Assembly (NCBI RefSeq): GCF_000315625.1
Contig: NW_005434602.1
Span: 62,891 to 105,508, forward strand
DNA: 42,618 nucleotides
Source of the DNA: Guillardia theta CCMP2712
Taxonomy: Eukaryota; Protista; Cryptophyta
Direction: 5' to 3'
The notes under the pieces were generated by a model that had not been told where the DNA came from, did not search any database, and saw nothing but the letters and a program-made list of their open reading frames with translations. This document shows, one piece after another, positions 33,806 through 42,618 of this stretch. Position 1 is the first letter of the stretch. Every line of letters starts with the position of its first letter. The position numbers and the translations under genes are program-made.

Positions 33806-35715
33806 ATGATGGCGATCAGCGGGCTGAGGCTGCTGCTTCTCGCGATCATGGCGGGAAAGGCGAAGGGTCAGGTGAGACGGAAGGATGGCGAACGAGGAGA
33901 AGGAGAAGCTCAGTCGCGCTGTGAAGACCAGTAGTAACAGTAGAGATCATCAGTAGTAGTTCCAATGACCGTACCAGTTGACTGCTGGCCAGTCATCGGA
34001 TGCCACCAGTATGGCTCAAGTCATCCGGGACACTGACATTGATGTGCACTACGGCAGTCTGCCACTGTTGCCGCGGCAGGAGCGACAGACGTGCAACCTC
34101 GTTCAGACAAGTTCGCGTTCCCCTTCTCCTACCCTTGTCAGGTGAAAACCTCTCGGCGCGTCACCGTCAGCAGCTCCGAGGGAGTCATCTCTTGTTGCAG
34201 ATTCCAGTCTACACCCTCCCTGGAGAGCAAGGATTGTTCAAGAAGGCAGCCGACGGGACGTTCGAACGGCAGGCAGCAAACGATCCCATCTATCAGTGCA
34301 GGCACGTGGCAGCGGGAGGGATCAACGAGCATGCAGGCTTGACTCGAGTGCAGTGTGTTGGAGGGGGATATTTCCGAGAGCTACTGTAAGAGGAACGCCC
34401 CGAACTGGTCGCCATCCCAGCTGTGGTGCACGTACCCTGACGTGACGCGCCTCTCCTGGACGAAAGAGGAGGAGGGATGACTTGAGCTGGCAGGGAGATG
34501 CGATGGCGAGGAACGCGGTCGAGGTGGTCATGGCGAAACCTTCGGCACGCAACAAATAGTGAGAAGAGTTCATGCATGCGTGAGCATGAGACGATGACCG
34601 TTACAACTTTCAGCTGCCAGATGGCCATGAAAGCCTACCTCTGCACGTAGACTCCTGCTTCGCATGCCTCCGCCTCCCCTTCCTGACCCCCAGCCTCTCT
34701 ATCTCCCTCCGCTCCTGGCTGGGTGACCTGCCGATCCCCTGCCCTTCCTCTTATCTCTTGCTCTCCTCCCTGCCTTTCTTCCACTCTGTGACCCACCTGA
34801 GTAACGATGACTCGATCAGTCTATACTTTCGGCCTTGCAACGAGACAGGTGCGGTTGCGGTTGCTAGGAGCGGCTCCCGTTGACGCCAGCCTTGACGCAG
34901 GAGGTCTAGTGCGACCGATCTGCCTCGAGGTTGTTGCCGACTTGTCTCATGGCGTCTGACTGGTCGTACATCAGGACTGCCTGAATGCCTACAAGGCCTG
35001 CGGGTTTTCCAAGGGCTGGCGAGACCTGCAGGCGCGACAACTCGCATGCCGCTACTCCTCTGACAAGTCGCTTGCAGTGCGGGGAGGAGATCAAAGCGGG
35101 ATGGGTCACCTTCATGGGCGACACTCGAGTAAGCGCAGACAGGCAACTCTTGCTCCTTGTGAACTTGTTCTTCGCAGTACCCTCCGGACGAGAAGGGGAA
35201 TGACTTGTGGAACACGGGGATGCCTTCCTGCGAACGAGCGATGCTACGGTAGGAGCAGCAGTGGGAAAGAGAACGGGACCACACCTGAGTGCGAAGGCTG
35301 ACGAGAATGTCAGATCGGACTTGAGCCTGCGAGACGCGCTGCTGCAGCATCAGGTTCCGGACTAGACGCGCAAGTGCCGCATCGCTCCCTCAGTGCTTGC
35401 GCAGACCTGGACTGATCAGATTGTAAATAACTTCAACAAGATCTTCGGGAAGAGCACGAGGCAAGCTTTGAATGGAAAGGTGAAACCGATCACTTGACAA
35501 CTGTTTGTCATCTGCTTATCGATCACACGTCGGCTGTCAGGTGACTGTACAGCTAAGCTCTGCCACGAGGTGCCGCCATCACTCCATGTGGTGAGGGACT
35601 AAATAACTGAGAAATGCTTGAATCATGGCAGTGACGTTGAGCTTGAAGGCTGATGCATCTCATGGGCTCTGCTTCATGCTTGTTTTGTATATCAGTATTG
35701 TTTCTATACATGTAA
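33806..35715 (+). CDS. Secreted cysteine-rich protein with a Frizzled (Fz) CRD-like domain and hydrophobic C-terminus
   Basis: Signal peptide MMAISGLRLLLLAIMAGKAKGQ. Spliced SCQMAMKAYLCT|LYFRPCNET|GGLVRPICLE|DCLNAYKACG matches the Fz-CRD cysteine spacing (C-x6-LC-x2-YF-x-x-C...P-x-C-x3-C-x6-C). The terminal frame ending ..CLFCISVLFLYM* is tentative. Confidence 0.65.
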
Positions 35716-37003
35716 AAAATGATTCAATGATGCTTTCTGAATGATCGGACTGGGACGGTATTGCGTCATCTTATGACCGTACTCAGAGTCACACGCCGGG
35801 TGCCTGAGGCCGAACTTGCACTGCGCCGTTCTGTGATTTACTCAAAGTCAAGTTAAAAAGAAGTCTGTTACTACTGAGTCAGGCCGCTTTCAGGCTAGTA
35901 TCATGGCATGACTGAGCCTGTCGCCGGACAGTGACTGTCGGATCGGATAGTCACTCCAGTAGTGCTGCGGCTCGGACTCGCGAGCCGAGTCGGGCTGGGC
36001 CCGGGGCCTGTAGATGTCCGGGAGTCCCGCGCCGGCCGGGCAGTCCGACCCGGTGACCCGCCGGTCGTTCTCTTCTCAAGCGGCCCTCCCGCCGCTCAGC
36101 CGCTATTCGACCGTACCGTACCGTCGGACGGCGGCACTGCATGTGCCTCGACTCGTGACGCGAGAGTCACCGTACTACGGTATCATCGAGGCACACTTTC
36201 AAGTTCGAGTTTAGGGAGCGTAACTAACCGGCGTACTACGGTACCGTAGTACCGTACCGTACCGTACCGGTCCGGGTACGGTATTACGGCAGGTCACCCG
36301 GTGCCGCAGTGCAGTGACGGTGAAGTGACGGGGCCGTGACTTTGCCGAGAGTCTCCGGCTAGATATATCGGCAGTGACTACGACGCTGGGAAGAGGGGCG
36401 TAGGAGGGGTCATTTCGACGGGATAATTGGGGGTAGTACCGGCACGCACTGCTTCAAGTAGTATCTATCTGACCGACTAGAAAGAGACCTGCGCCTGTGA
36501 CCCCTTACAAGTGAGATATAAACATTCATCTAAAATAGTTTTAGCAACTCATCGACATATCTGCCGCTCTAAAATGAAACGCTTCGACTGCTCGACAGTG
36601 AACTCACAACCTTTCGTTGTTGTCCCCTTTTTTAAGCCCGCCGGAACTTTGTCAGCAGCCTTAACCACCCGACAGGAGTACCCTTCCGATGACCTGAGTT
36701 TTAACCCCCGTGTGTGAAGTGTAATGTGACTGCTTACGTCAGCAGGTCACATGGGCAGTGACATGCTTGTGGGGAACTCTGTGCCCCTTTTCGCCACCCT
36801 ACCATCTCCTTGGTAAAGTAGGGGTACAAAGCAGATTTAGTGGTACAAAGAGGAATGAAGGGGGTAGGGTTCAAATACTTGAATGTGGGGTGGGGTGGTT
36901 GCACTTTACTCGTTATCAGCCGACAAGATCGCGAGGGGAGGCAACCAGAGCAGAAAAACTCAAAGCAACGACCTCGCGAGCAAACAGGAAGCAACACTCG
37001 AAG

Positions 37004-37680
37004 ATGACCTCTCAACCCTCAGTGCGCATCGTGCCCCGGAAGAAGCTGCATTGGAAGCCAGGAAAGGAGAAACAAGCTCCTGTACAGCTGACTCAGCAAG
37101 ACATCCTCAAACTGTTTCACGTGAGACAAACAGAAGCTGCGAAGATGCTGGTAAGTCCTTGGTGTTGGTAAGCTGATCAAAGCCACTCACATTGTTGTAG
37201 GGCATCTCGCTAACTGCCTTGAAGAGTGCTTGTCGAATCCTTGGACTCCCCCGCTGGCCATATCACCGAGTAGACATCGATGAAAAAGCTAGCCGAATGG
37301 CTCAGTCAACGGGGCTCGTCGAAGTACTCAGCTCGGAGTGCTTTGAACCATTGTTTCTTGCAACGGACTCTTTCAGCAGCCCACAATCTCCTCCAAGCAA
37401 TGGCTATGACTCTACAGGCTACCAGAAATATGATCTTCAGCTACAGTCAGCCTTCACGTGCATGAATTCACAACACAACCAGGCATCGTATGAGTTTCAA
37501 ATGGGGACGAGGATAGCAAGTGGAAAGCGGTCTACTGCCCACAGCAACATCTCAGATTTTGGGGAAAATCGTGAATTTGAGCGGCTTGTGGTGTGGCCAC
37601 ACAATTTGGAGACCAGAAGAGAGAATTCCACGCTGGAGCTCTTTGACGAGGCTCTTCAACACTGTTGCATGTCGAACTAG
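37004..37680 (+). CDS. RWP-RK domain transcription factor (2 exons; intron 37151-37200)
   Basis: MTSQPSVRIVPRKK..VQLTQQDILKLFHVRQTEAAKML|GISLTALKSACRILGLPRWPYHR. The GTAAGT...TAG 50-nt intron joins the two ORF-track fragments in frame (147+480 nt). Confidence 0.93.
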
Positions 37681-38449
37681 ATATCATACATCTGTCTGTC
37701 ACTCTAATCACTGCCTTCACCCTCTACTCTGTCTTTGTTTTTCTGTTTCTGTTTTCAATGAATCAATTGCTGTAGCTTACTAAGTTACCACCGAACTACC
37801 GTACCGTGCCGTCAGTGATACCGAAACTTGCCCATGTTCGAGTCATGCAGTATCTATTTAAGAGGCGGGTCCTGCCCCTGTACATCTCGATAGTAGCTTG
37901 AAGTATCGGCCGGGTTCAATATAAACATGACGTAGCACAGAGTCAGACAAAAGTTTTCCAAGTTCCATACTTGTCAGTAATGGCGAGCCCGCCGGGCTAG
38001 GCGTGTTCAGTGCCGGCGCCGCCACTGCCATTCGCACGCGGCTGCCGCACTGCGGCACGCGGCGGCGGCACTGGCACTGGAATCATGATGCGGCGGCCCT
38101 GACCGTGTCTCAGTGACTCAGAGATGGCTATCGGTTGATAGTAGAGTTACCAGTGTGGCCCATAACCGTTACATTTTTCTGGAGACGTTGCAGAGTCGTT
38201 ACGCAGCAGAGTGGCGAAGAGGGAAGGATATGATGAGGGAGGGAGGGAGGGAAGGGAGGGAAGGGAGGGAGGTAGGTAGGGCGAGACGAGAAAATACTTG
38301 GAGAGATCAGAGGATCGAGGAGGGGAGTCAAGAGAAGAAGCTGGTCAGGGGCAGAGAAAGAACGACAAGGAGATGGGGAGAGGGAGTGAAATGCGAGTGA
38401 CGTCAGAACATCGTGACACATGCATGACACATGTTTCTTCCTTGCAGAC

Positions 38450-41400
38450 ATGACGGAAGTCTGTTACAACGCAGCAGAGCCATTGCCGCTCGACGAGGAG
38501 TGCGTGCACGGGAGGCTCGGCAACGGGCTGACGTACTACGTGCGGAACAACGGGAAGCCGGAGGCTCGAGCTGAGCTGAGGCTCATCGTCAAGGTCGGGT
38601 CAGTGAACGAAGAGGATCACGAGCAGGGAGTGGCGCACATGGTTGAGCACCTGGCGTTCCGAGGGACTGCCATGTTCAACACGTTCCAGGTGGTGAGGTT
38701 CCTCGAAGCCATCGGCGCCAAGTTCGGGGCCTGTCAGAACGCGTACACGGCGTTCGACGAGACTGTCTACTTCCTGAGGGTGCCCATCGACACCGACAAC
38801 CTGCTGGAACGGAGCCTCATTGTGCTGCGAGAGTGGGCCTTCCACATCCGATGTACCGATGATGACGTAAACAAGGAACGGGGCATCGTCATGGAGGAGT
38901 GGAGGCAAGGGCGGACAGCGCACGGCAGGACGGACGAGAATTACTTCCAGACTCTCATGGACGGGTCGACGTATGCGAGGAGGCTGCCGATTGGAAAGAT
39001 CGACGTGATCAAGCACTGCAAACCCTCTGTCGTGCGCGACTTCTACAAGAAGTGGTATCATCCTCAGAGGATGGCGGTGGTGGCGGTGGGAGACTTCGAC
39101 AACTACAGTGGAGGAGTGGAAGAAGTGGTTCGCATGATCCAGGAGATCCTCGACGTCACTCCTGCCAGTGAGTGGCGGGAGCCTCTTGCTGTCTCTTTCC
39201 CTCATCAGGTCGAACCGAAGCTGTCCATTTTCAAGGACCAAGAGGCCACCAACGCTTCTGTCATCGTCGACTGCAAGCGTCCGAGGCAGCCGGTGAACAC
39301 GCATAGGGACTACAGGAGGACGATCCTAGAGTACCTCTTCCATGAGGCCTTGTCGAACCGCCTGTACAAGCTCGGCGTCTCCCTCGACCCTCCCTTCTAC
39401 AGCGCTGTGACCACCATCAGTCTCCCAACGAGCATCATGGAGACTTGCTCCATCGCCATCTCCATGCAGGAGGGGCTTGAGCTGCGAGCGCTGCGGGCGG
39501 TGCTGGTGGAGGTGGAGCGAGTGAAGAGGAGAGGGTTCTCTGTGTCGGAGCTGAGCAGAGCCAAGGCAAACCTGATGTCCGACCTCGAGGCGGATCAGCT
39601 CGAGAAGGACCAGCATGACAGCGACTTCTTCTGCTCCGAGTACGTGGAGCACTTCTGTCGGGGGGAGCCCGCGATGGGAGTGGAGCATGAAGTGCTGCTG
39701 TGCAAGGCTGTGCTGCCTGGGATCACCTGCGAGGAGGTGGCGGCGGTGGCGAGAGACTTTGACTGGACGGGTGACTGTGTCGTGAAGATCACGAGACCCG
39801 AGAGCTCCTGGCTGAAGAGGATCCTGTCCCATCGCTCCCACGGCTCCCTCCCCCTCCTCTCCGTGGACAGCATGCGGAAAGTCTTCGAGGAGGTGGCGAG
39901 GGTCTCCCCCGACCTGACTGACTGGGAGCAGAGCGAGGCCCTCGCGCTCTCGGACGTGCTGAAGCCTCCTCCTTCCCCTGGCACCATCGTGTCGCGTTCG
40001 GAGTACCGGGAGATGAAGATGACGGAGCTGCAGCTGAGCAACGGGATGCGCGTGTGCTACAAGAAGACCAACTTCCTGGACGACGAGGTTCAGTTCAAGG
40101 GCTTCGCCATGGGCGGCCTGTCAGAGCTGAGCAAGAAGCAGCTGCTCTCAGGGAGGATGAGCACCTCGATCGCCAGCGAGATCGGAGCCTTCGGAGTCCG
40201 TCCTGGGGAGCTGGTGGACATGCTGGCGGGCATGCGGGTGACGGTGAACACGGAGATCTCCACTTACTCGCGAGCCTTCGGAGGAGAGTGCAGCCCGACG
40301 AACCTCGAGGCTGCTCTGCAGATGATCCACCTGCTCTTCACCTCCCAGCTGCAGCCCAGCCAGGATCAGGTGGCGGTGCTGCTGAGGATGACGAGGGAGC
40401 AGATCGAGAACCAGGGGAGGAGCCCCCAGGCCCTGTTCTCTCAGAAGGTTATGAGCCTCAACACCTCCCACAACGACTTCTTCGTGCCCCTGAAGCCCTC
40501 GGACGTGGACGAGATCGACGTGTTCCTCTCCTCCTCCTTCTTCCGCCGCTGCTTCAGCGACCCCTCCAACTTCGTCTTCGCCCTGAGCGGGAACATCGAG
40601 GAGGAGAAGTTGCTCGCGCTCGTGGAGGGATACCTCGCCTCCATCCCCAGGCTGTCGCAGGAGGAGGATCTGGGCTTCAGCCGCGTGCCTCGCATGCCCA
40701 ACGATCGGGATTTGCTGCGTCCTGTCTCCTTCGAGTTCCCAGCGGGGAAGGTGGAGGAGCACATGAGGATGAGGATGGTGGACCCGCTGTGCTACTGCCA
40801 GGTCACCTTCCCCATGTTCATCGAGTGCTCGGGGGCGGAGCTGAGGGAGACGATGCTCCTTGCGCAGGCCATGCAGCTGCTCGAGACGCGACTCATCGAT
40901 CGCCTCCGCTTCCAGCGCGGGGTCGTCTACAACGTCCTCGCCTCCGCTGACTTCTCCTCCTCCCATCCCTCGCACTCTCAGCCCCTCCACGGCCTCGCCG
41001 GCATCTCCTGGACCTGCCAGCCCCACCACATCTCCACCCTCGCTGGGGTGATCCTGCGAGAGCTCGAGCAGCTCAAGGCCGAGGGCCCGACGGGGGAGGA
41101 GGTGGCGACGAGGCTGGAGATCACGAGGAGGGAGTTCGAGACCTCCAGCAAGCACAACTCCTGGTGGGTGGAGCGGATGGTGTCGGGCTACGGGAGCAAG
41201 AGCTACAAGGGAAACCTGGGGCTGTGCCTGCAAGAGCTCGAGGACGTGCGGCAGGAAGTTCTCTCCTCCCTCTCCCCGGAACTTCTCCGCCAGGTCTTCT
41301 GCCGTCGCTTCCCCGACCTCGAGCGTCGCACGTTCGTGTCCCTGCGGCCTTCATGGAGCACCATGCTCCTCTCCGCCCTCCGCCTTCGCTTCGCCGTTGC

Positions 41401-41524
41401 TCCCGTCACCTCCTCCTTCCTCGCCGTCGGGGCGACGCTCCTTGGCAGCCTCCTCGTGCTGGCGACCCTGCGGGGGATGCGAGGAGGAGGTCTGGGGCAG
41501 CTCATGAGAAAGCTCCTCAAGTGA
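38450..41524 (+). CDS. M16 family zinc peptidase, PqqL-like, with C-terminal transmembrane segment
   Basis: Motifs GRLGNGLTYYVR, GSVNEEDHEQGVAHMVEHLAFRGT (inverted HxxEH), NAYTAFDETVY, ERGIVMEEWR, RLPIG, FYKKWYHP, and a second-half LSNGMRV. Single 3.07-kb exon; an acceptor-like TTCTTCCTTGCAG before ATG 38450 suggests an upstream (UTR or coding) exon. Confidence 0.95.
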   Translation: MTEVCYNAAEPLPLDEECVHGRLGNGLTYYVRNNGKPEARAELRLIVKVGSVNEEDHEQGVAHMVEHLAFRGTAMFNTFQVVRFLEAIGAKFGACQNAYTAFDETVYFLRVPIDTDNLLERSLIVLREWAFHIRCTDDDVNKERGIVMEEWRQGRTAHGRTDENYFQTLMDGSTYARRLPIGKIDVIKHCKPSVVRDFYKKWYHPQRMAVVAVGDFDNYSGGVEEVVRMIQEILDVTPASEWREPLAVSFPHQVEPKLSIFKDQEATNASVIVDCKRPRQPVNTHRDYRRTILEYLFHEALSNRLYKLGVSLDPPFYSAVTTISLPTSIMETCSIAISMQEGLELRALRAVLVEVERVKRRGFSVSELSRAKANLMSDLEADQLEKDQHDSDFFCSEYVEHFCRGEPAMGVEHEVLLCKAVLPGITCEEVAAVARDFDWTGDCVVKITRPESSWLKRILSHRSHGSLPLLSVDSMRKVFEEVARVSPDLTDWEQSEALALSDVLKPPPSPGTIVSRSEYREMKMTELQLSNGMRVCYKKTNFLDDEVQFKGFAMGGLSELSKKQLLSGRMSTSIASEIGAFGVRPGELVDMLAGMRVTVNTEISTYSRAFGGECSPTNLEAALQMIHLLFTSQLQPSQDQVAVLLRMTREQIENQGRSPQALFSQKVMSLNTSHNDFFVPLKPSDVDEIDVFLSSSFFRRCFSDPSNFVFALSGNIEEEKLLALVEGYLASIPRLSQEEDLGFSRVPRMPNDRDLLRPVSFEFPAGKVEEHMRMRMVDPLCYCQVTFPMFIECSGAELRETMLLAQAMQLLETRLIDRLRFQRGVVYNVLASADFSSSHPSHSQPLHGLAGISWTCQPHHISTLAGVILRELEQLKAEGPTGEEVATRLEITRREFETSSKHNSWWVERMVSGYGSKSYKGNLGLCLQELEDVRQEVLSSLSPELLRQVFCRRFPDLERRTFVSLRPSWSTMLLSALRLRFAVAPVTSSFLAVGATLLGSLLVLATLRGMRGGGLGQLMRKLLK

Positions 41525-41681
41525 GGAGGAGACTTTTATTCATTCGAGTGTGTGTGTACAAGAACAAGCGTGCGAGTGACAAGAGGCAAAGCAGAGGATT
41601 GTAATGAATGTCAGTTAAAGTGCCCCTTCCTCCTCCTCCTCCTCCTCCTCTCCCCCCCCCCCCCCCAACACACACACACAC

Positions 41682-41907
41682 NNNNNNNNNNNNNNNNNNN
41701 NNNNNNNNNNNNNNNNNNNNNNNNNNNNNNNNNNNNNNNNNNNNNNNNNNNNNNNNNNNNNNNNNNNNNNNNNNNNNNNNNNNNNNNNNNNNNNNNNNNN
41801 NNNNNNNNNNNNNNNNNNNNNNNNNNNNNNNNNNNNNNNNNNNNNNNNNNNNNNNNNNNNNNNNNNNNNNNNNNNNNNNNNNNNNNNNNNNNNNNNNNNN
41901 NNNNNNN
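41682..41907. other. Assembly gap (226 N)
   Basis: N run. Confidence 1.
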
Positions 41908-41989
41908 GAGGAGGAGGGAGGGAGGGCCAAGGTGGTGATGGAGTGGAGGGGTGTGTGTGTGAGGGGGGGGATTGAGAATGAGGGGAAGT

Positions 41990-42478
41990 GGAAAGGAGAG
42001 AGAGGAGGAGGATGGGGTCAAGGAGGCAGGGAGGAAGAGGAGTAGCTGGGTTACTTCGAGAGCACCTGGAGAGGTTCTGTTGGAGGAGACGGAAGTTCTC
42101 GGGGATGAGAAGCTCGAGCTCCTTCACCGTCGCTTCCTCCACGAGCCTCAGGCTCGTCAACTTGTCAGGCAGGTCCTGCTGGTGGGCAGCGCAGATTTTT
42201 CCTCCTGTTGGCGGTGAGCTCCTGCTAGTTAGGAGGTTCTGCGGGGGAGAGGAGGAGGAGGAGCAGGAGGAGGAGCAGGAGGAGGAGGAAGTGGAAGAAG
42301 TGATGGCAGCGGCGAAGGAGGAGGAGGAGGGAGTCTTGGCTTCGTCGACCTGCAGAGATTTGAGTAGATTTCTTCGCCTCCCTGCCTGCATCACCTCCGC
42401 CTCTCCATTTCTCCGATTCTCTCCTCTTGCAGGGAGACTGAAAATTGAATCAGCAGGAGCAGAGAAGGAGAGGAGCAC
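41990..42478 (-). CDS. Partial hypothetical gene (internal exon(s))
   Basis: Open frame with codon-like content (QDLPDKLTSLRLVEEATVKELELLIPENFRLLQQNLS) bounded by SSR-rich introns and a gap. Confidence 0.4.
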
Positions 42479-42554
42479 GACAGAGGTTGAGGAAGAGGTG
42501 GTGGTGACGATGACGATGACAACAACAACAATTACTACTACTACTACTACTACA

Positions 42555-42609
<55 letters not shown>

Positions 42610-42618
42610 GGAGGAGGA

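Noticed and set aside
36640-36685. tRNA-like A-box (minus strand GTCGGGTGGTTAAGGC) suggesting a tRNA or SINE
   Set aside because: No B-box or cloverleaf could be built.
38600-41233. Long antisense/alternate-frame ORFs over the M16 gene (likewise over M13)
   Set aside because: Shadow ORFs expected from high GC3 codon bias.
21949-41524. Apparent proteostasis cluster (RING E3, phosducin-like, M13, F-box, M16)
   Set aside because: These are common gene classes with different predicted compartments; there is no evidence of co-regulation.

Overview
Eukaryotic nuclear DNA: GC-rich, gene-dense, with very many short (~40-60 nt) spliceosomal introns and purine/pyrimidine-skewed microsatellites. The style resembles a cryptophyte alga such as Guillardia theta (inference, not verified). 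There are four assembly gaps. Gene models were spliced by eye, so exon boundaries and several start codons are approximate. Recognisable genes are a centrin; a head-to-head pair of paralogous PDZ/coiled-coil/PDZ genes sharing near-identical inverted blocks; tRNA-Thr(AGT); a MUL1/SP1-like membrane RING E3 ligase; a phosducin-like protein with a long N-terminal extension; a C2-like protein; an M13 (neprilysin-family) peptidase; an F-box/Zn-finger protein; a secreted Frizzled-CRD-like protein; an RWP-RK transcription factor; and an intronless PqqL-like M16 peptidase with a C-terminal membrane anchor. The most notable structures are the mosaic (gene-conversion-like) inverted paralog pair, a foldback-like repeat complex at the window start, recurrent palindrome-dense intergenic islands, a strand-oriented GGGTAGGG/CCCTACCC promoter motif, and near-strict alternation of gene orientation with 25-70 bp between convergent stops.
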